A stretch of 64,000 nucleotides of DNA from an uncultured Flavobacterium sp. (GTDB lineage: Bacteria; Bacteroidota; Bacteroidia; Flavobacteriales; Flavobacteriaceae): assembly GCF_963975515.1 (NCBI RefSeq), contig NZ_CAXBGY010000012.1, forward strand, positions 12,467 through 76,466, read 5' to 3'. Below, in pieces: positions 9,890-20,500 of this stretch. The notes beneath the pieces are model-generated. The model made no database searches. It was given only the letters and a program-made list of their open reading frames with translations, and was not told the DNA's origin. Position numbers and translations under genes: made by a program. Position 1 is the stretch's first letter, and every line of letters starts with the position of its first letter.

Positions 9890-11029
9890 ATGTTTAAAAA
9901 TGTAATTGGAAATAAAAAAACGGTAGATTACTTAACTTCAAGTGTTGATAGTAGTAGACTTGCACACGCTCAGCTATTTGTTGGTCCTGAAGGAATTGGT
10001 TTGTTACAAATTGCAATATCCTATGCAAAATACATACTGTGTAATGGCAAGAATGTTGAAAACTCTGATTATGAAAACTGTCAAAACAAGGTCATTCAAC
10101 AGTCACATCCTGACATTCACTATGCGTTTCCTGTTACTTCAACCGAAAGTGTAAAAAGTCATCCTGTTAGTGATAATTTCCTAAAAGAATGGAAAGAATT
10201 CGTTAATCAACAACCTTTTGGAAGTCTTCAAGATTGGTATACACATTTGGGTGTGGAAAAAAAACAAGGGCAAATCGGGGTAGATGAGGCTTTAGAGATT
10301 GTGAAAAAGCTATCTTTAAAGTCATATGAAGGTGGTTATAAGATTATGATAATTTGGATGGCTGATAAAATGAATACAGCAACTTCTAACAAAATTCTTA
10401 AAATTTTAGAAGAGCCTCCACAAAAAACAATCTTTTTATTAATTACCGAAAATATTGAAGAAATCATCTCAACTATAACTTCTCGTTGCCAAATTATTGA
10501 GTTTAAAAAGCCTGAACAACAAGAAATTGAAGATTTATTAAAAACAAAAGGGGTTTCTGATGCTATTGCAAAGAAATATGCACATTTAGCACAAGGAGAC
10601 ATTAATAAAGCCCTAAAATTAGCCAATAATGAAAAAGATGATAGGTTATTTGAAGAGTGGTTTGTTAAATGGGTAAGATTTGCCTTTAAAGCAAAAGGAA
10701 ATGCTTCTTCTATTTTGGATTTAATTAGTTGGAGTGAAGAAGTGGCAAGCTACGGAAGAGAGGTTCAGAAGCAATTTTTACATTATTGCATTGAATTCTT
10801 TAGACAAGCTATGTTGGAGAATTACACAGCTGAAGATTTGGTCTATTTAGATGAAGGTTTAGACGGTTTTGAGTTGAAAAAATTTGCTCCATTTGTAGAT
10901 GGTGGTAACATAAATGAAATTTTTAAAGAAATTTCAGAGGCAATTTACCATATTGAACGAAATGGAAATGGTAAAATCATATTAACTGATTTATCTATTA
11001 AATTAACTCGCTTAATTCATAAAAAATAG
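9890..11029 (+). CDS. holB: DNA polymerase III subunit delta'
   Basis: RLAHAQLFVGPEG, HPDIHYAFP, KILKILEEPP and TITSRCQ; ATG 9890 preferred to the TTG at 9851. Confidence 0.9.
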   Translation: MFKNVIGNKKTVDYLTSSVDSSRLAHAQLFVGPEGIGLLQIAISYAKYILCNGKNVENSDYENCQNKVIQQSHPDIHYAFPVTSTESVKSHPVSDNFLKEWKEFVNQQPFGSLQDWYTHLGVEKKQGQIGVDEALEIVKKLSLKSYEGGYKIMIIWMADKMNTATSNKILKILEEPPQKTIFLLITENIEEIISTITSRCQIIEFKKPEQQEIEDLLKTKGVSDAIAKKYAHLAQGDINKALKLANNEKDDRLFEEWFVKWVRFAFKAKGNASSILDLISWSEEVASYGREVQKQFLHYCIEFFRQAMLENYTAEDLVYLDEGLDGFELKKFAPFVDGGNINEIFKEISEAIYHIERNGNGKIILTDLSIKLTRLIHKK

Positions 11030-11064
11030 ATTATATTGATTTACAAGTATTTAAAATAAACTAA

Positions 11065-13338
11065 TTAAAGTATTTCTTTCAAACTTGCTTTATATAACTT
11101 AAGTTCTTCCCAGGAGAACTTGTCGCCAATGGTTTCTTTTAGTTCTGATAAACTTTCTCCTTTAAAATATTTAAACAAAACTTGTAATTGTTTGATTTTT
11201 TCGGCTGAAAGCACATCTTCAATGGCAATATATTCTTGCTGAATTAACTTTGCAAAATGGCTGCTAATAGTGGTTTCTGTTAACTTTCGAATAGTTGCAA
11301 TCTCTTTGATAGTATGGTTTTCTTTCCAAAATTCTAAAGTGATTTCAATAGTTGGTTTTTTACTTTCTTTTGATTTTTTTACCTTTGGTTCGTAGTAAGA
11401 AACGTCTGGATCAACATCAAAAACACCTGGTTTTACAGTGTTCAAATCTTTGATCTTCTTAAGTTTATTCGCTTTATAAGAAAGAATTTCTTCAGAAATA
11501 AGATTTTCTTTCGAAATTTCTTTTCCAGATGCAACCATTTCAATTAACAATTTGGCTTTCATTAAGCGTTGAATTGTTTTAGTTTGAGTATCTTCTAAAT
11601 CATTCAACTCGTCGTAAAATGTTTTAACTTTCTTTATGCGTTTTATTTCATCTACCTTAAGTAACAATTCATAAACAAAATTATCTAAGTCTTTATAAAA
11701 ATAGTTGTACGCAGCTTGAAATCGTTCATTAATGTATTGAACTTCAAAGGGTTCTTTAGAGAAAATATTGTTTAATTGTTTAATAAAATTTTGAGCAGGA
11801 ACAACCAAATTATCAATTTTATTCGATTGATTTTCAGCCCATTTAGCATATTTAGATTTTGGTGATTTTGGTGCTTCTTCTTTATAGCTGAATCTGTGAT
11901 TTCTCCATTCTTGTGCTAAGTCTTGCCAATCAAAAGTTGCTTTTAGATAGTTAAATAAATAGTTTTTTGTTTCTTGTTCTAATGATTTTTGAATGTATTC
12001 ATCAGAGGCTTTTTGTTCAGCGTAAAGCATAACATCACTATCATTAGAAAGTCCATTCATTTGAATTGGAGCTAATAAAACCAAGCCTTTTAACGATCGT
12101 AAACGAGATAGTGCCACATAAGCTTGTCCTGGTTGAAAAACACGTGAAACATCTAATGCTGCTTTGTCAAACGTTAATCCTTGGCTTTTATGAACCGTTA
12201 TTGCCCAAGCTAATTTTATAGGATAATGCGTAAAGGTTCCAAGTACTTCTTCCTGAATTTCTTTAGTTGTTTCATTGACTTTATATCTTATGTTTTGCCA
12301 TTCATATCGTTCAACTTCAATGGTTTTTTTCTCTTCTGTAAACTCTACAGTTATCTCATCTTTAGACAGATACTTAATTATTCCCATTTTTCCATTAAAA
12401 TAGTTTTTCTCAAACGAAAGGTCATTTTTGATGAACATGATTTGAGCACCAACCTTTAATTCTAAATTATCTTCTACTGGATAGATTTTATCTGGAAAAT
12501 CATCTACAATTTGAGCTTTATAAGAAAAAGACTTTCCTTCTAATTCATTTAAAGCTTCAGAATTAATCGAATCTGCCTTTCTATTATGAGTCGTAAGTGT
12601 AATAAATCCTTCATTCTTTTTTAAATCAAAATCAGGATTAACAAACTGATTTAGAATACTTAAGTCAGATTTAGTTATAGTATTATTTCTTAAATTGTTT
12701 AGTACTTCAATAAATTCGCTATCTGTTTGACGATAAATTTTATCTAACTCAATGTATAAAGGTGGATTTTGCTGAACAACATGAGAATGAAAGAAAAACT
12801 TACCTTGATAGTATTTACGTAAAATATCCCATTCTTCAGGTTTTACGATTGGAGGTAATTGTAGTAAATCTCCTATAAATAAAACTTGCGCACCTCCAAA
12901 AGGAAGTTTGTTTCTTCTAACAGATTGCATCATAAAATCAATTGCATCTAGAAGATCTGCACGCAACATACTGACTTCATCAATAACTAGTAACTCAATG
13001 TTTCTGATAACATTTCGTTTAACAGCGCTCATTTTAAAATGTCTAGAAAGAGTACTTTTGGACTCAAATTTAACAGTATCTTTAAAATGTGGAGCAATTG
13101 TATCTGGAATGAATCCACCAAACGGAAGTTGAAAAAGGGAATGAATAGTAACACCACCAGCATTTAGTGCGGCAATTCCAGTAGGAGCAACAACAGCAGT
13201 GTTTTTGTGTGTTGTTTTAATAATTTCTTTTAGTAGAGTAGTTTTACCTGTTCCTGCTTTTCCAGTAAGAAAAACAGATTTATTAGTCTGATTAATAAAC
13301 TTCAAGGTATAACTTGCAACGGCTGATAATGAATTCAT
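11065..13338 (-). CDS. Pif1/RecD-like SF1B helicase with a C-terminal helix-turn-helix domain
   Basis: FLTGKAGTGKTT, APTGIAA, IDEVSM, GDLLQLPP, YRQ, AWAITVHKSQGLTFD and YVALSR; C-terminal HTH (TIKEIATIRKLTETTISSH). ATG 13338 preferred to 13377. Confidence 0.9.
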   Translation of the reverse strand: MNSLSAVASYTLKFINQTNKSVFLTGKAGTGKTTLLKEIIKTTHKNTAVVAPTGIAALNAGGVTIHSLFQLPFGGFIPDTIAPHFKDTVKFESKSTLSRHFKMSAVKRNVIRNIELLVIDEVSMLRADLLDAIDFMMQSVRRNKLPFGGAQVLFIGDLLQLPPIVKPEEWDILRKYYQGKFFFHSHVVQQNPPLYIELDKIYRQTDSEFIEVLNNLRNNTITKSDLSILNQFVNPDFDLKKNEGFITLTTHNRKADSINSEALNELEGKSFSYKAQIVDDFPDKIYPVEDNLELKVGAQIMFIKNDLSFEKNYFNGKMGIIKYLSKDEITVEFTEEKKTIEVERYEWQNIRYKVNETTKEIQEEVLGTFTHYPIKLAWAITVHKSQGLTFDKAALDVSRVFQPGQAYVALSRLRSLKGLVLLAPIQMNGLSNDSDVMLYAEQKASDEYIQKSLEQETKNYLFNYLKATFDWQDLAQEWRNHRFSYKEEAPKSPKSKYAKWAENQSNKIDNLVVPAQNFIKQLNNIFSKEPFEVQYINERFQAAYNYFYKDLDNFVYELLLKVDEIKRIKKVKTFYDELNDLEDTQTKTIQRLMKAKLLIEMVASGKEISKENLISEEILSYKANKLKKIKDLNTVKPGVFDVDPDVSYYEPKVKKSKESKKPTIEITLEFWKENHTIKEIATIRKLTETTISSHFAKLIQQEYIAIEDVLSAEKIKQLQVLFKYFKGESLSELKETIGDKFSWEELKLYKASLKEIL

Positions 13339-13382
13339 TGGCTTATATTTAACACCATAAAAGTATAAAAAAAACACAAATA

Positions 13383-13412
13383 AAAAACCCCATTAAAAAA
13401 ATAATGAGGTTT
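13383..13412 (-). terminator. Probable terminator after the OmpH-like gene
   Basis: AAAACCCCATTA...TAATGAGGTTTT hairpin with a T-run on the minus strand. Confidence 0.6.
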
Positions 13413-13431
13413 TAAATAAATTTAAAAGAAA

Positions 13432-14001
13432 TTATTTCTTAACTTCTTCTTTTTCAATAGCTTTAGTAGATTCACTTGGCTTGTATTTATCATTAAGCGT
13501 CTTAAGTATCTCATCTGTAACATCATAAGAATCTTTAGCATATAAAATACTAGGAGAAGTTAAACCTGTACCATATACATAGTCGTAGTTATTCTTTTTT
13601 CCATAATCTTTAATGTAAAGTTTAATTTCTTTTACAAGAGAATCTAATTCAGCATTACTTGCTGTTTGAATTTCTTGATACATTGATTGTTGTTTTACAT
13701 TCAATTTTTGCTCTCTTTGTTGTAATTCAGCTGCTTTTTGTTGAGCCCATTGTGGTCCTTTCGCTTGAGCTTGTCTTAATGCATTTTCATAGTCTGATTG
13801 AAATTGTTTTGCTTCTGTTTCAAGCTCACGACCCATTTCTTCGGACTTAACTTTATATTTATTTTCAATATCAATAGCTTGTTGATGTTCTTTCATTAAC
13901 TTTTCAGTATCAACATATGCGGTTTTTAGACCTGAAGTTCCTTCTTGTTTATTACAAGACAATATTGCAAATCCTAGTGCAATAAATAATAATTTTTTCA
14001 T
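13432..14001 (-). CDS. OmpH/Skp-family outer membrane chaperone, lipoprotein
   Basis: Lipobox (ILSC); KTAYVDTEKLM, coiled coil, YGKKNNYDYVYG and DVTDEILKTLN. Confidence 0.85.
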   Translation of the reverse strand: MKKLLFIALGFAILSCNKQEGTSGLKTAYVDTEKLMKEHQQAIDIENKYKVKSEEMGRELETEAKQFQSDYENALRQAQAKGPQWAQQKAAELQQREQKLNVKQQSMYQEIQTASNAELDSLVKEIKLYIKDYGKKNNYDYVYGTGLTSPSILYAKDSYDVTDEILKTLNDKYKPSESTKAIEKEEVKK

Positions 14002-14221
14002 ATTCGTTATTTCTAAATTTTGGTAAAAGTAAACAATTGAAAATAGTAATGCAAGGGTTAATTTTAAAGGTATAATAAATATCTATTCTGATTTGTTTTG
14101 GAATAAGTAATATTTATAAAAAAACATCTGTTTATTTTTACTTTAAAACAACTTCTTTTTTGAGTCAACAAAACACATCGAACGACTTAAAAAAACCCTT
14201 AAATCATCTTAAAATGGTGTT

Positions 14222-15070
14222 TTAGATGTTTTTTATGACGTAAATGTGAGATGAAAACTCTTTTTTTAATAATCCGGAGCAATTTGATAAAAAACCAAAG
14301 AAAAAGCCTTTAACAAAATTCATTTTTCCAGATTTGTATTTTTCAGACAAAAGACAAACATAAAAACTATCAAACCACATTGGTTTAACTTTTTTCAATT
14401 GTAAATCTTCTTTGTTGAATAGTTTTTGAATACTTATTTTTGAAAAATGCCATAAATGTCTTGGAACATCATAAGCAGCCCAAAATGATTTATAATGTTT
14501 TGCATCAAATGATTTATAATTTGGAACAGCTATGATAATTGTACCATTTGGTTTTAATAATCTTTTTAAAGTTTTTATTTGATTTTCTAAATCTGGAACA
14601 TGTTCTAAAACATGCCACATTGTAATTACATCAAATGAATTGTTTTCTAGTTCATCTAAAGTATTTGTAAAACTGACACCTTTTGAAATAGAAATATTTT
14701 TTGCTTTTTCGTTTGGCTCAATTCCAACACAGATCCAACCATCATTTTTAGCCTGAGTTAAAAAATCTCCAGTACCTGCACCAATATCTAATAATTTTCC
14801 TTTTTGAGAATTTTCTTTTGAAATTAATGCAACTTTGTTTTTTAAAGCATTTGTTTTTACTAAATGATATAATTTTTCAAATAAAGTTCGTTTAGAATCT
14901 GTATGAGAAATATAATCTTCACTCTCATAATAGGAGGGAAGTATATCTAAAGAAGGTTGAGGGGAAGTTTTTAACAACTGTAACTCTTCGTCTAAAAGTA
15001 AATCAAATGATTCTTTTGAAACAGTATGATCTTTAACTTTTATAAAAACATTGTTGGGAGAGAAATTCAT
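14222..15070 (-). CDS. Class I SAM-dependent methyltransferase
   Basis: LLDIGAGTG, FDVITMWHVLEHVPD, LKPNG and YDVPRHLWHFS. Confidence 0.9.
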   Translation of the reverse strand: MNFSPNNVFIKVKDHTVSKESFDLLLDEELQLLKTSPQPSLDILPSYYESEDYISHTDSKRTLFEKLYHLVKTNALKNKVALISKENSQKGKLLDIGAGTGDFLTQAKNDGWICVGIEPNEKAKNISISKGVSFTNTLDELENNSFDVITMWHVLEHVPDLENQIKTLKRLLKPNGTIIIAVPNYKSFDAKHYKSFWAAYDVPRHLWHFSKISIQKLFNKEDLQLKKVKPMWFDSFYVCLLSEKYKSGKMNFVKGFFFGFLSNCSGLLKKEFSSHIYVIKNI

Positions 15071-15122
15071 ATTTTAAAATAAAACTTAAACAAAGGTAGT
15101 AAATGTGGGGGTTAACAAAGTA

Positions 15123-15138
15123 TGTTTCACGTGAAACA
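15123..15138. promoter_or_regulatory. parS: parS site (ParB binding)
   Basis: TGTTTCACGTGAAACA, a perfect match to the canonical bacterial parS palindrome. Confidence 0.9.
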
Positions 15139-15141
15139 ATT

Positions 15142-15202
15142 AAAGATAATAGAAAAAAGAACAAAGAGAAAAGATTTCTTCTTTCATCTTGCTTCTTGCT
15201 TC
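15142..15202. repeat. Inverted pair of degenerate 7-mer arrays after mnmG
   Basis: AAAGATA-ATAGAAA-AAAGAAC-AAAGAGA followed by TCTTTCA-TCTTGCT-TCTTGCT. Confidence 0.5.
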
Positions 15203-17080
15203 TTATCTACCCATATAAATTAATAATACAGAAATATCACTTGGAGAAACTCCGCTAATTCTTGAAGCTTGTGCAATTGTCTTTGGACGAATTTTATTAA
15301 ACTTCATTTTGGCTTCTGTTGAAATTGATTTAATTTTATTAAAATCAAAATTATCTGGAATTATTGCATCTTCTAAACGATTTAGTTTATCTGCATGTAA
15401 TCTTTCTTTTTCTATATAACCTGAATATTTTACATCAATTTCTGCTTGCTCGATAATTTCTGAATCTAGTTCATTCGTATTTATATATTCAGCAACTTTT
15501 TCAAACTTAACGATGTCTTCTAAATCAATTTGAGGTCTAGAAAAAACTTTAAACATTTTATCTGGTTGCGTCATTGGACTTGAACCTTTAGATTCTAAAA
15601 TCGGATTTGCTTCTTCAGGTTTAGTACTAGTTTCTCTAAAAAACTGAACCATTGCATCTGACTTAGAAAATTTTTGCTCCATACGAATTAAACGTTCTTC
15701 AGAAGCTAATCCTAAATCAAAACCTTTAGGAGTTAATCTTGAATCTGCATTATCTTGACGAAGCAACGTTCTATACTCTGCACGAGAAGTAAACATACGA
15801 TAAGGCTCTTCTGTTCCTTTGGTAATTAAATCATCAATTAAAACTCCAATATAAGCTTCGTTGCGTTTAAGTATAAACTCATCTCTTTCTTGAACTTTTA
15901 ATGCTGCATTTATACCAGCCATTAATCCTTGAGAAGCTGCTTCTTCATATCCAGTAGTTCCATTAATTTGTCCAGCAAAATATAAACCTTCAACTAATTT
16001 AGTTTCTAACGTGTGTTTTAGTTGCGTAGGAGGGAAGTAATCATATTCAATTGCATAACCAGGTCTAAAGAATTTAACTTTTTCAAAACCTGCTACAGAA
16101 CGCAATGCTTTAAATTGAATGTCTTCTGGCAAAGAAGTAGAAAATCCATTTACATAAACTTCTACCGTATTCCATCCTTCTGGTTCAACAAATAATTGAT
16201 GCCTGTCTTTGTCTGCAAAACGATTTATTTTATCTTCAATAGACGGACAATATCTTGGGCCTATACTTTTTATTCTTCCGTTAAACATTGGACTTCTATC
16301 AAAACCTTCACGAAGATGATCGTGAACTTCAAGTGAAGTATAAGTCATGTAACATGACCTTTGATGGGTAAGTGGTTTTATACTTTGTAAATAAGAAAAT
16401 TTATGTGGTTTTTCATCACCTGGTTGTTCGACCATTTTTGAATAATCTAAAGAACGACCATCAACTCTTGGAGGAGTTCCGGTTTTCATTCTTCCCGATT
16501 CAAAACCAACTTTTACTAAATCTTCTGTAATTCCAAAAGAGGCACTTTCACCTGCACGACCACCTCCAAATTGTTTGTCACCAATATGGATTAAACCATT
16601 TAAAAAAGTACCATTTGTCAATACAACAGTTTTGGCTTTAATCTCCAAACCAAGTGAAGTTTTGATTCCGACAATTTTGTTGTTTTCGATTAACAAACCA
16701 GAAACCATCTCTTGGTAAAAATCTAAATTTGGAGTTTGCTCCAACATTAATCTCCATTCTTCAGCAAAACGCATTCTATCACTTTGCACTCTTGGAGACC
16801 ACATTGCAGGCCCTTTTGACTTATTCAACATCTTAAATTGAATGGCTGTTTTATCAGACACAATTCCAGAATAACCACCAAGCGCATCAATCTCTCTTAC
16901 AATTTGCCCTTTTGCAATTCCACCCATTGCAGGGTTACAAGACATCTGTGCGATGTTTTGAAGATTCATTGTGACAAGCAAAGTGGAGCAACCCATATTG
17001 GCAGCAGAAGCCGCGGCTTCAGAACCAGCGTGACCAGCACCAACTACAATCACATCGTATTTTTCTTGAAATATACTCAT
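15203..17080 (-). CDS. mnmG: tRNA uridine-5-carboxymethylaminomethyl(34) synthesis enzyme MnmG (GidA)
   Basis: VVGAGHAGSEAA, MSCNPAMGGIAKG, GPRYCPSIEDK, GQINGTTGYEEAA and FTSRAEYR. Confidence 0.99.
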   Translation of the reverse strand: MSIFQEKYDVIVVGAGHAGSEAAASAANMGCSTLLVTMNLQNIAQMSCNPAMGGIAKGQIVREIDALGGYSGIVSDKTAIQFKMLNKSKGPAMWSPRVQSDRMRFAEEWRLMLEQTPNLDFYQEMVSGLLIENNKIVGIKTSLGLEIKAKTVVLTNGTFLNGLIHIGDKQFGGGRAGESASFGITEDLVKVGFESGRMKTGTPPRVDGRSLDYSKMVEQPGDEKPHKFSYLQSIKPLTHQRSCYMTYTSLEVHDHLREGFDRSPMFNGRIKSIGPRYCPSIEDKINRFADKDRHQLFVEPEGWNTVEVYVNGFSTSLPEDIQFKALRSVAGFEKVKFFRPGYAIEYDYFPPTQLKHTLETKLVEGLYFAGQINGTTGYEEAASQGLMAGINAALKVQERDEFILKRNEAYIGVLIDDLITKGTEEPYRMFTSRAEYRTLLRQDNADSRLTPKGFDLGLASEERLIRMEQKFSKSDAMVQFFRETSTKPEEANPILESKGSSPMTQPDKMFKVFSRPQIDLEDIVKFEKVAEYINTNELDSEIIEQAEIDVKYSGYIEKERLHADKLNRLEDAIIPDNFDFNKIKSISTEAKMKFNKIRPKTIAQASRISGVSPSDISVLLIYMGR

Positions 17081-17096
17081 TGTTCCACGTGAAACA
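17081..17096. promoter_or_regulatory. parS: parS site abutting the mnmG start codon
   Basis: TGTTCCACGTGAAACA, the Bacillus-type consensus variant. Confidence 0.88.
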
Positions 17097-17118
17097 TTTA
17101 ATTAATATTAATAGATGA

Positions 17119-17541
17119 TTATTGTTGTTCCACGTGGAACAAAGCAATTTTCTCATCTTCTTTTTGTCGCATTATTAGTGCTTCGTTATCTGTTTTATCT
17201 TTATAGCCACAGTAGTGTAACACACCGTGAGATAATACTCTTTTGATTTCGTTTTCAAAAGGAACATTGAACTCAATTGCATTTTCAGCAACTCTTTCAG
17301 TAGATATAAAAATATCACCTTGAATTAAGTCGCCAACAGAATAATCAAAACTTATAATATCTGTATAAGTATCATGATTAAGATACTCATTGTTGATGTT
17401 TATTAAATATTCATCATCACAAAAAATGTAATTTATTTCACCTTCTGATTTGTTTTCTGATTGGACAATTCTTGATATCCAATCTTGATATATTGATTCA
17501 TCCTCTAAAAGGAAATCATTTTCATAGTTAAATGTAATCAT
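17119..17541 (-). CDS. ybeY: rRNA maturation RNase YbeY
   Basis: INNEYLNHDTYTDIISF, GDIFIS and HGVLHYCGYKD (H-x3-H-x5 zinc motif). Confidence 0.97.
   Translation of the reverse strand: MITFNYENDFLLEDESIYQDWISRIVQSENKSEGEINYIFCDDEYLININNEYLNHDTYTDIISFDYSVGDLIQGDIFISTERVAENAIEFNVPFENEIKRVLSHGVLHYCGYKDKTDNEALIMRQKEDEKIALFHVEQQ
17126..17141. promoter_or_regulatory. parS: parS site inside the 3' end of ybeY
   Basis: TGTTCCACGTGGAACA, a perfect palindrome. Confidence 0.88.
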
Positions 17542-20500
17542 TACTTCTTAAAATATTCTTTGACTTTTTGGTCGTAATTTTTTTGCAAAGGTAAACTTTG
17601 TCTGTTTAAAATCTCTATGCTTTTTATATATTCTTGTAATTCCTTTGGTAGGGTAGAAGCGTTGTTAGAAAACTTATCATCTGTTGTATTGGATTTACGC
17701 TTTTCATCTTGCCCTTGCTGCTGAATTGCATTCTCTAATTTTAATAATTCATGCTTGAGATTTAGCATCTTCTGTAAGGTTTCATTTTTAAAACCTTTAT
17801 TGATTAATTGCTTTTCAATGTCTTTCATTTGGTTTAAAACATTGTTACCGTTAATACCTTGTTGTTCTAAAGATTTCTGTAAAGCATCACGAAGTTGTTG
17901 TTGTTCTTTTAGGATTTCTAATACCTTTCCAGCATTTCCTTCTGAACCTTCTCCCTCACCATTTTCTCCCTGACCTTTTCCATCTTTCTTTCCTTCACCA
18001 AGTTTTTCGCCCGGTTTGTCTCCGGGTTTATCACCTGGCTTTTCTCCAGGTTTCAATCCTTCTTTCATCTTCTCAGAAAGACCTTCTTGTTTTTTTATTA
18101 TATCTGATAATTGTTTTCCAGGATTACCTTGTCCAGGACTTGGCATTCCTTTGCCTTTTCCTTTACCTTTTCCAGACATTTGCATATTCATATCACTTTG
18201 AACATTGCTTAAAAAATCAGCCAATTTATTAGCACTTGACAAAACATACTGTTGAAGAGAAGCTCCTCTTGAAACATTATTATCTGCTAAAGTTTCTAGT
18301 GATTGATCTAGGTTGTAATGTATTTCACCTATTTCGTTTAATACAAATTCAGAAATCATTGGGTTACGAAGAGATACCGCAAAGATACTATCATCTACAT
18401 GTTTAAACTGTAATTTAAGTTCTTGTTGTTTTTTAAGGATTTTATTCAAAGCCAAAGAACGTGATTGAGATGATTTTGTTGGTTGAATTAATGCTTCTTC
18501 ATCGTAAGAAAATGCTAAAAGATTGTCTAGAATTTGACGTAACGTTTTTGCATCTTCTTCCATTTGTTGAGATTCTCCACCTTCCATTGATGAGCTCATT
18601 TTCTGACTCATTTCTTTCATTTTCTTAGAGGCAGCTTTTTGAGATTTAGAAGCACTTGGTTTGTCGTTCTTTTTTAAATCTTCTTCAGATTTTTCTAAAT
18701 CATCTTGAACATCTTCTTGTTCATTTATATCATTTGGAATGTCCATAGGTTTTTTTAAATCCTTGTTTTCTTTATCCAATTGTTGTAACTCTTCTTTTAT
18801 TTTTTCAAATTCATCAGCTACTTTTTTCTGTTCTTCTAAATTGTTTTTATTTTCGTTAGCTAACTTATCTTCTTTTTCTGCTAACTTATTTAATTTGTCA
18901 GCAATTTGTTCAGCCTTTTTTTCAACGTAAAAACGTTTCGTTAATTCTACTAGTTGCTCTAAATTCTTAGCTTGATTTTTTGAATCTTTTTTTAATTTAT
19001 CTGCTTTTTCAAATAGTTCATCATCTTGTAATTTCTTTTGTAATTCTTCTAATTCTTTTAAAAGTTTTTCGTTTTTTTCTGATTGTTTTTGACTTTCATC
19101 TAAACGACGTAATAATTCTTTTTTAAGTTTATCTTCTTCTTTTGGATTAAAATTCTCAAGGTTTTCAGAAAGTTTTTTAGAAAATTCTTTCATCATTTCA
19201 TCCTGATTTTTTTGTTTTTTAATGAAATCTTCAATCTTTTTTTGATCTTTAAAGTCAAGATTAGCTTTCTCCTTTTTCATTTTTTGGAGTTTATCTAATT
19301 CCTTTAATTGTTTATCTTGATTATTTAATGACTTTTCTAAGCTGTTTATATTATCATTTTGATCTTTTAATAATTCATCTTGCTTTTGATCATCCGTTAA
19401 TTCGTTGTGAGAAAAAACAGAAGACTTACTTGACTTGTAATTATTCACAGCATCATTATCAAAAACTTCAAAATAGTATTCATAAACAATTCCTTGTTCT
19501 ACATTTAAACCTGTAGGAAAAGAATAAACAAATTGGTCAACCGTTTGGTGCTTTACAGCAAGTGTTCCACGTTTAACAATTTGTGGTTTTCCTTTTGGAT
19601 AATAAACTACTTGTAATTTGCTCAACCCATAATCATCTGACAATTGGCCAATAATAAAGTTCTTTTTTAGGCTTAAAGAATCAGGTGCTTTGTTTGCAGA
19701 GATAAAAGGGTATTGATCTTTAACAATATTAACTTGATAATCGAGTTTTTCAAAGTTTTTTACGTTACTATTTGATGTTACTATTTGATATTCAGTATTT
19801 TGACTAATATTTTTAGTGAAATTAAACTCTCCATTTGTTGATGAGTAAACAGATTTACTATTATTTGAAATAAAAGCAATATTAGTTGTTGCAAAAGTTG
19901 ATAATTTCCATCGAATTGAAGTTCCTTCTGGTACAATTGCATTTCCTGTTCCTTTAATAATTTCCGATTTACGTTTTAAATAAGTTGGATAGGATAAAAT
20001 CATTTCAAAATTATTGATAGTTGGAACATTAACTACTTTGAGATTGTAGCCTTTTGAATTAATAGAATTAGCTTTCAGGCTAAAATTCACATCCGAAATA
20101 ACATTATCAAACTTATATTGAAACTCTCCAGGATTCGTATTTTCCAATAAATATTCTTCATCACCAATTATAAGCGAAACATTTTCAGGTATAACATTAC
20201 CAACAGTCTTTACTTGTAAAGTAAAATCTTTGTTTTGTTGAGTGACTAAATCTTTATTCAAAACTACAAATTGAAAAGGAGCTGGTGGAACATATTTTGT
20301 ATTGTAATTAACAACTCTGTCCATTCCTTGTGAAATCACTTTTGAATTTCCAGACACAAAAAACAAAGCCAATAAAAAAATTGGAACTATCGCATAAGGC
20401 AAAAATTTCTTGTTCTTATTAAAATTTATCGCATTAGAGAAAGGAATTGGGCTTAAAGTTTCGGCTTTGTGATTGATAGAAGCTAAAAGTAATTCCGAAT

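Noticed and set aside
12136-12151. AAAAACACGTGAAACA as an additional parS
   Set aside because: Only one half-site matches (11/16), and it lies within a conserved helicase motif region
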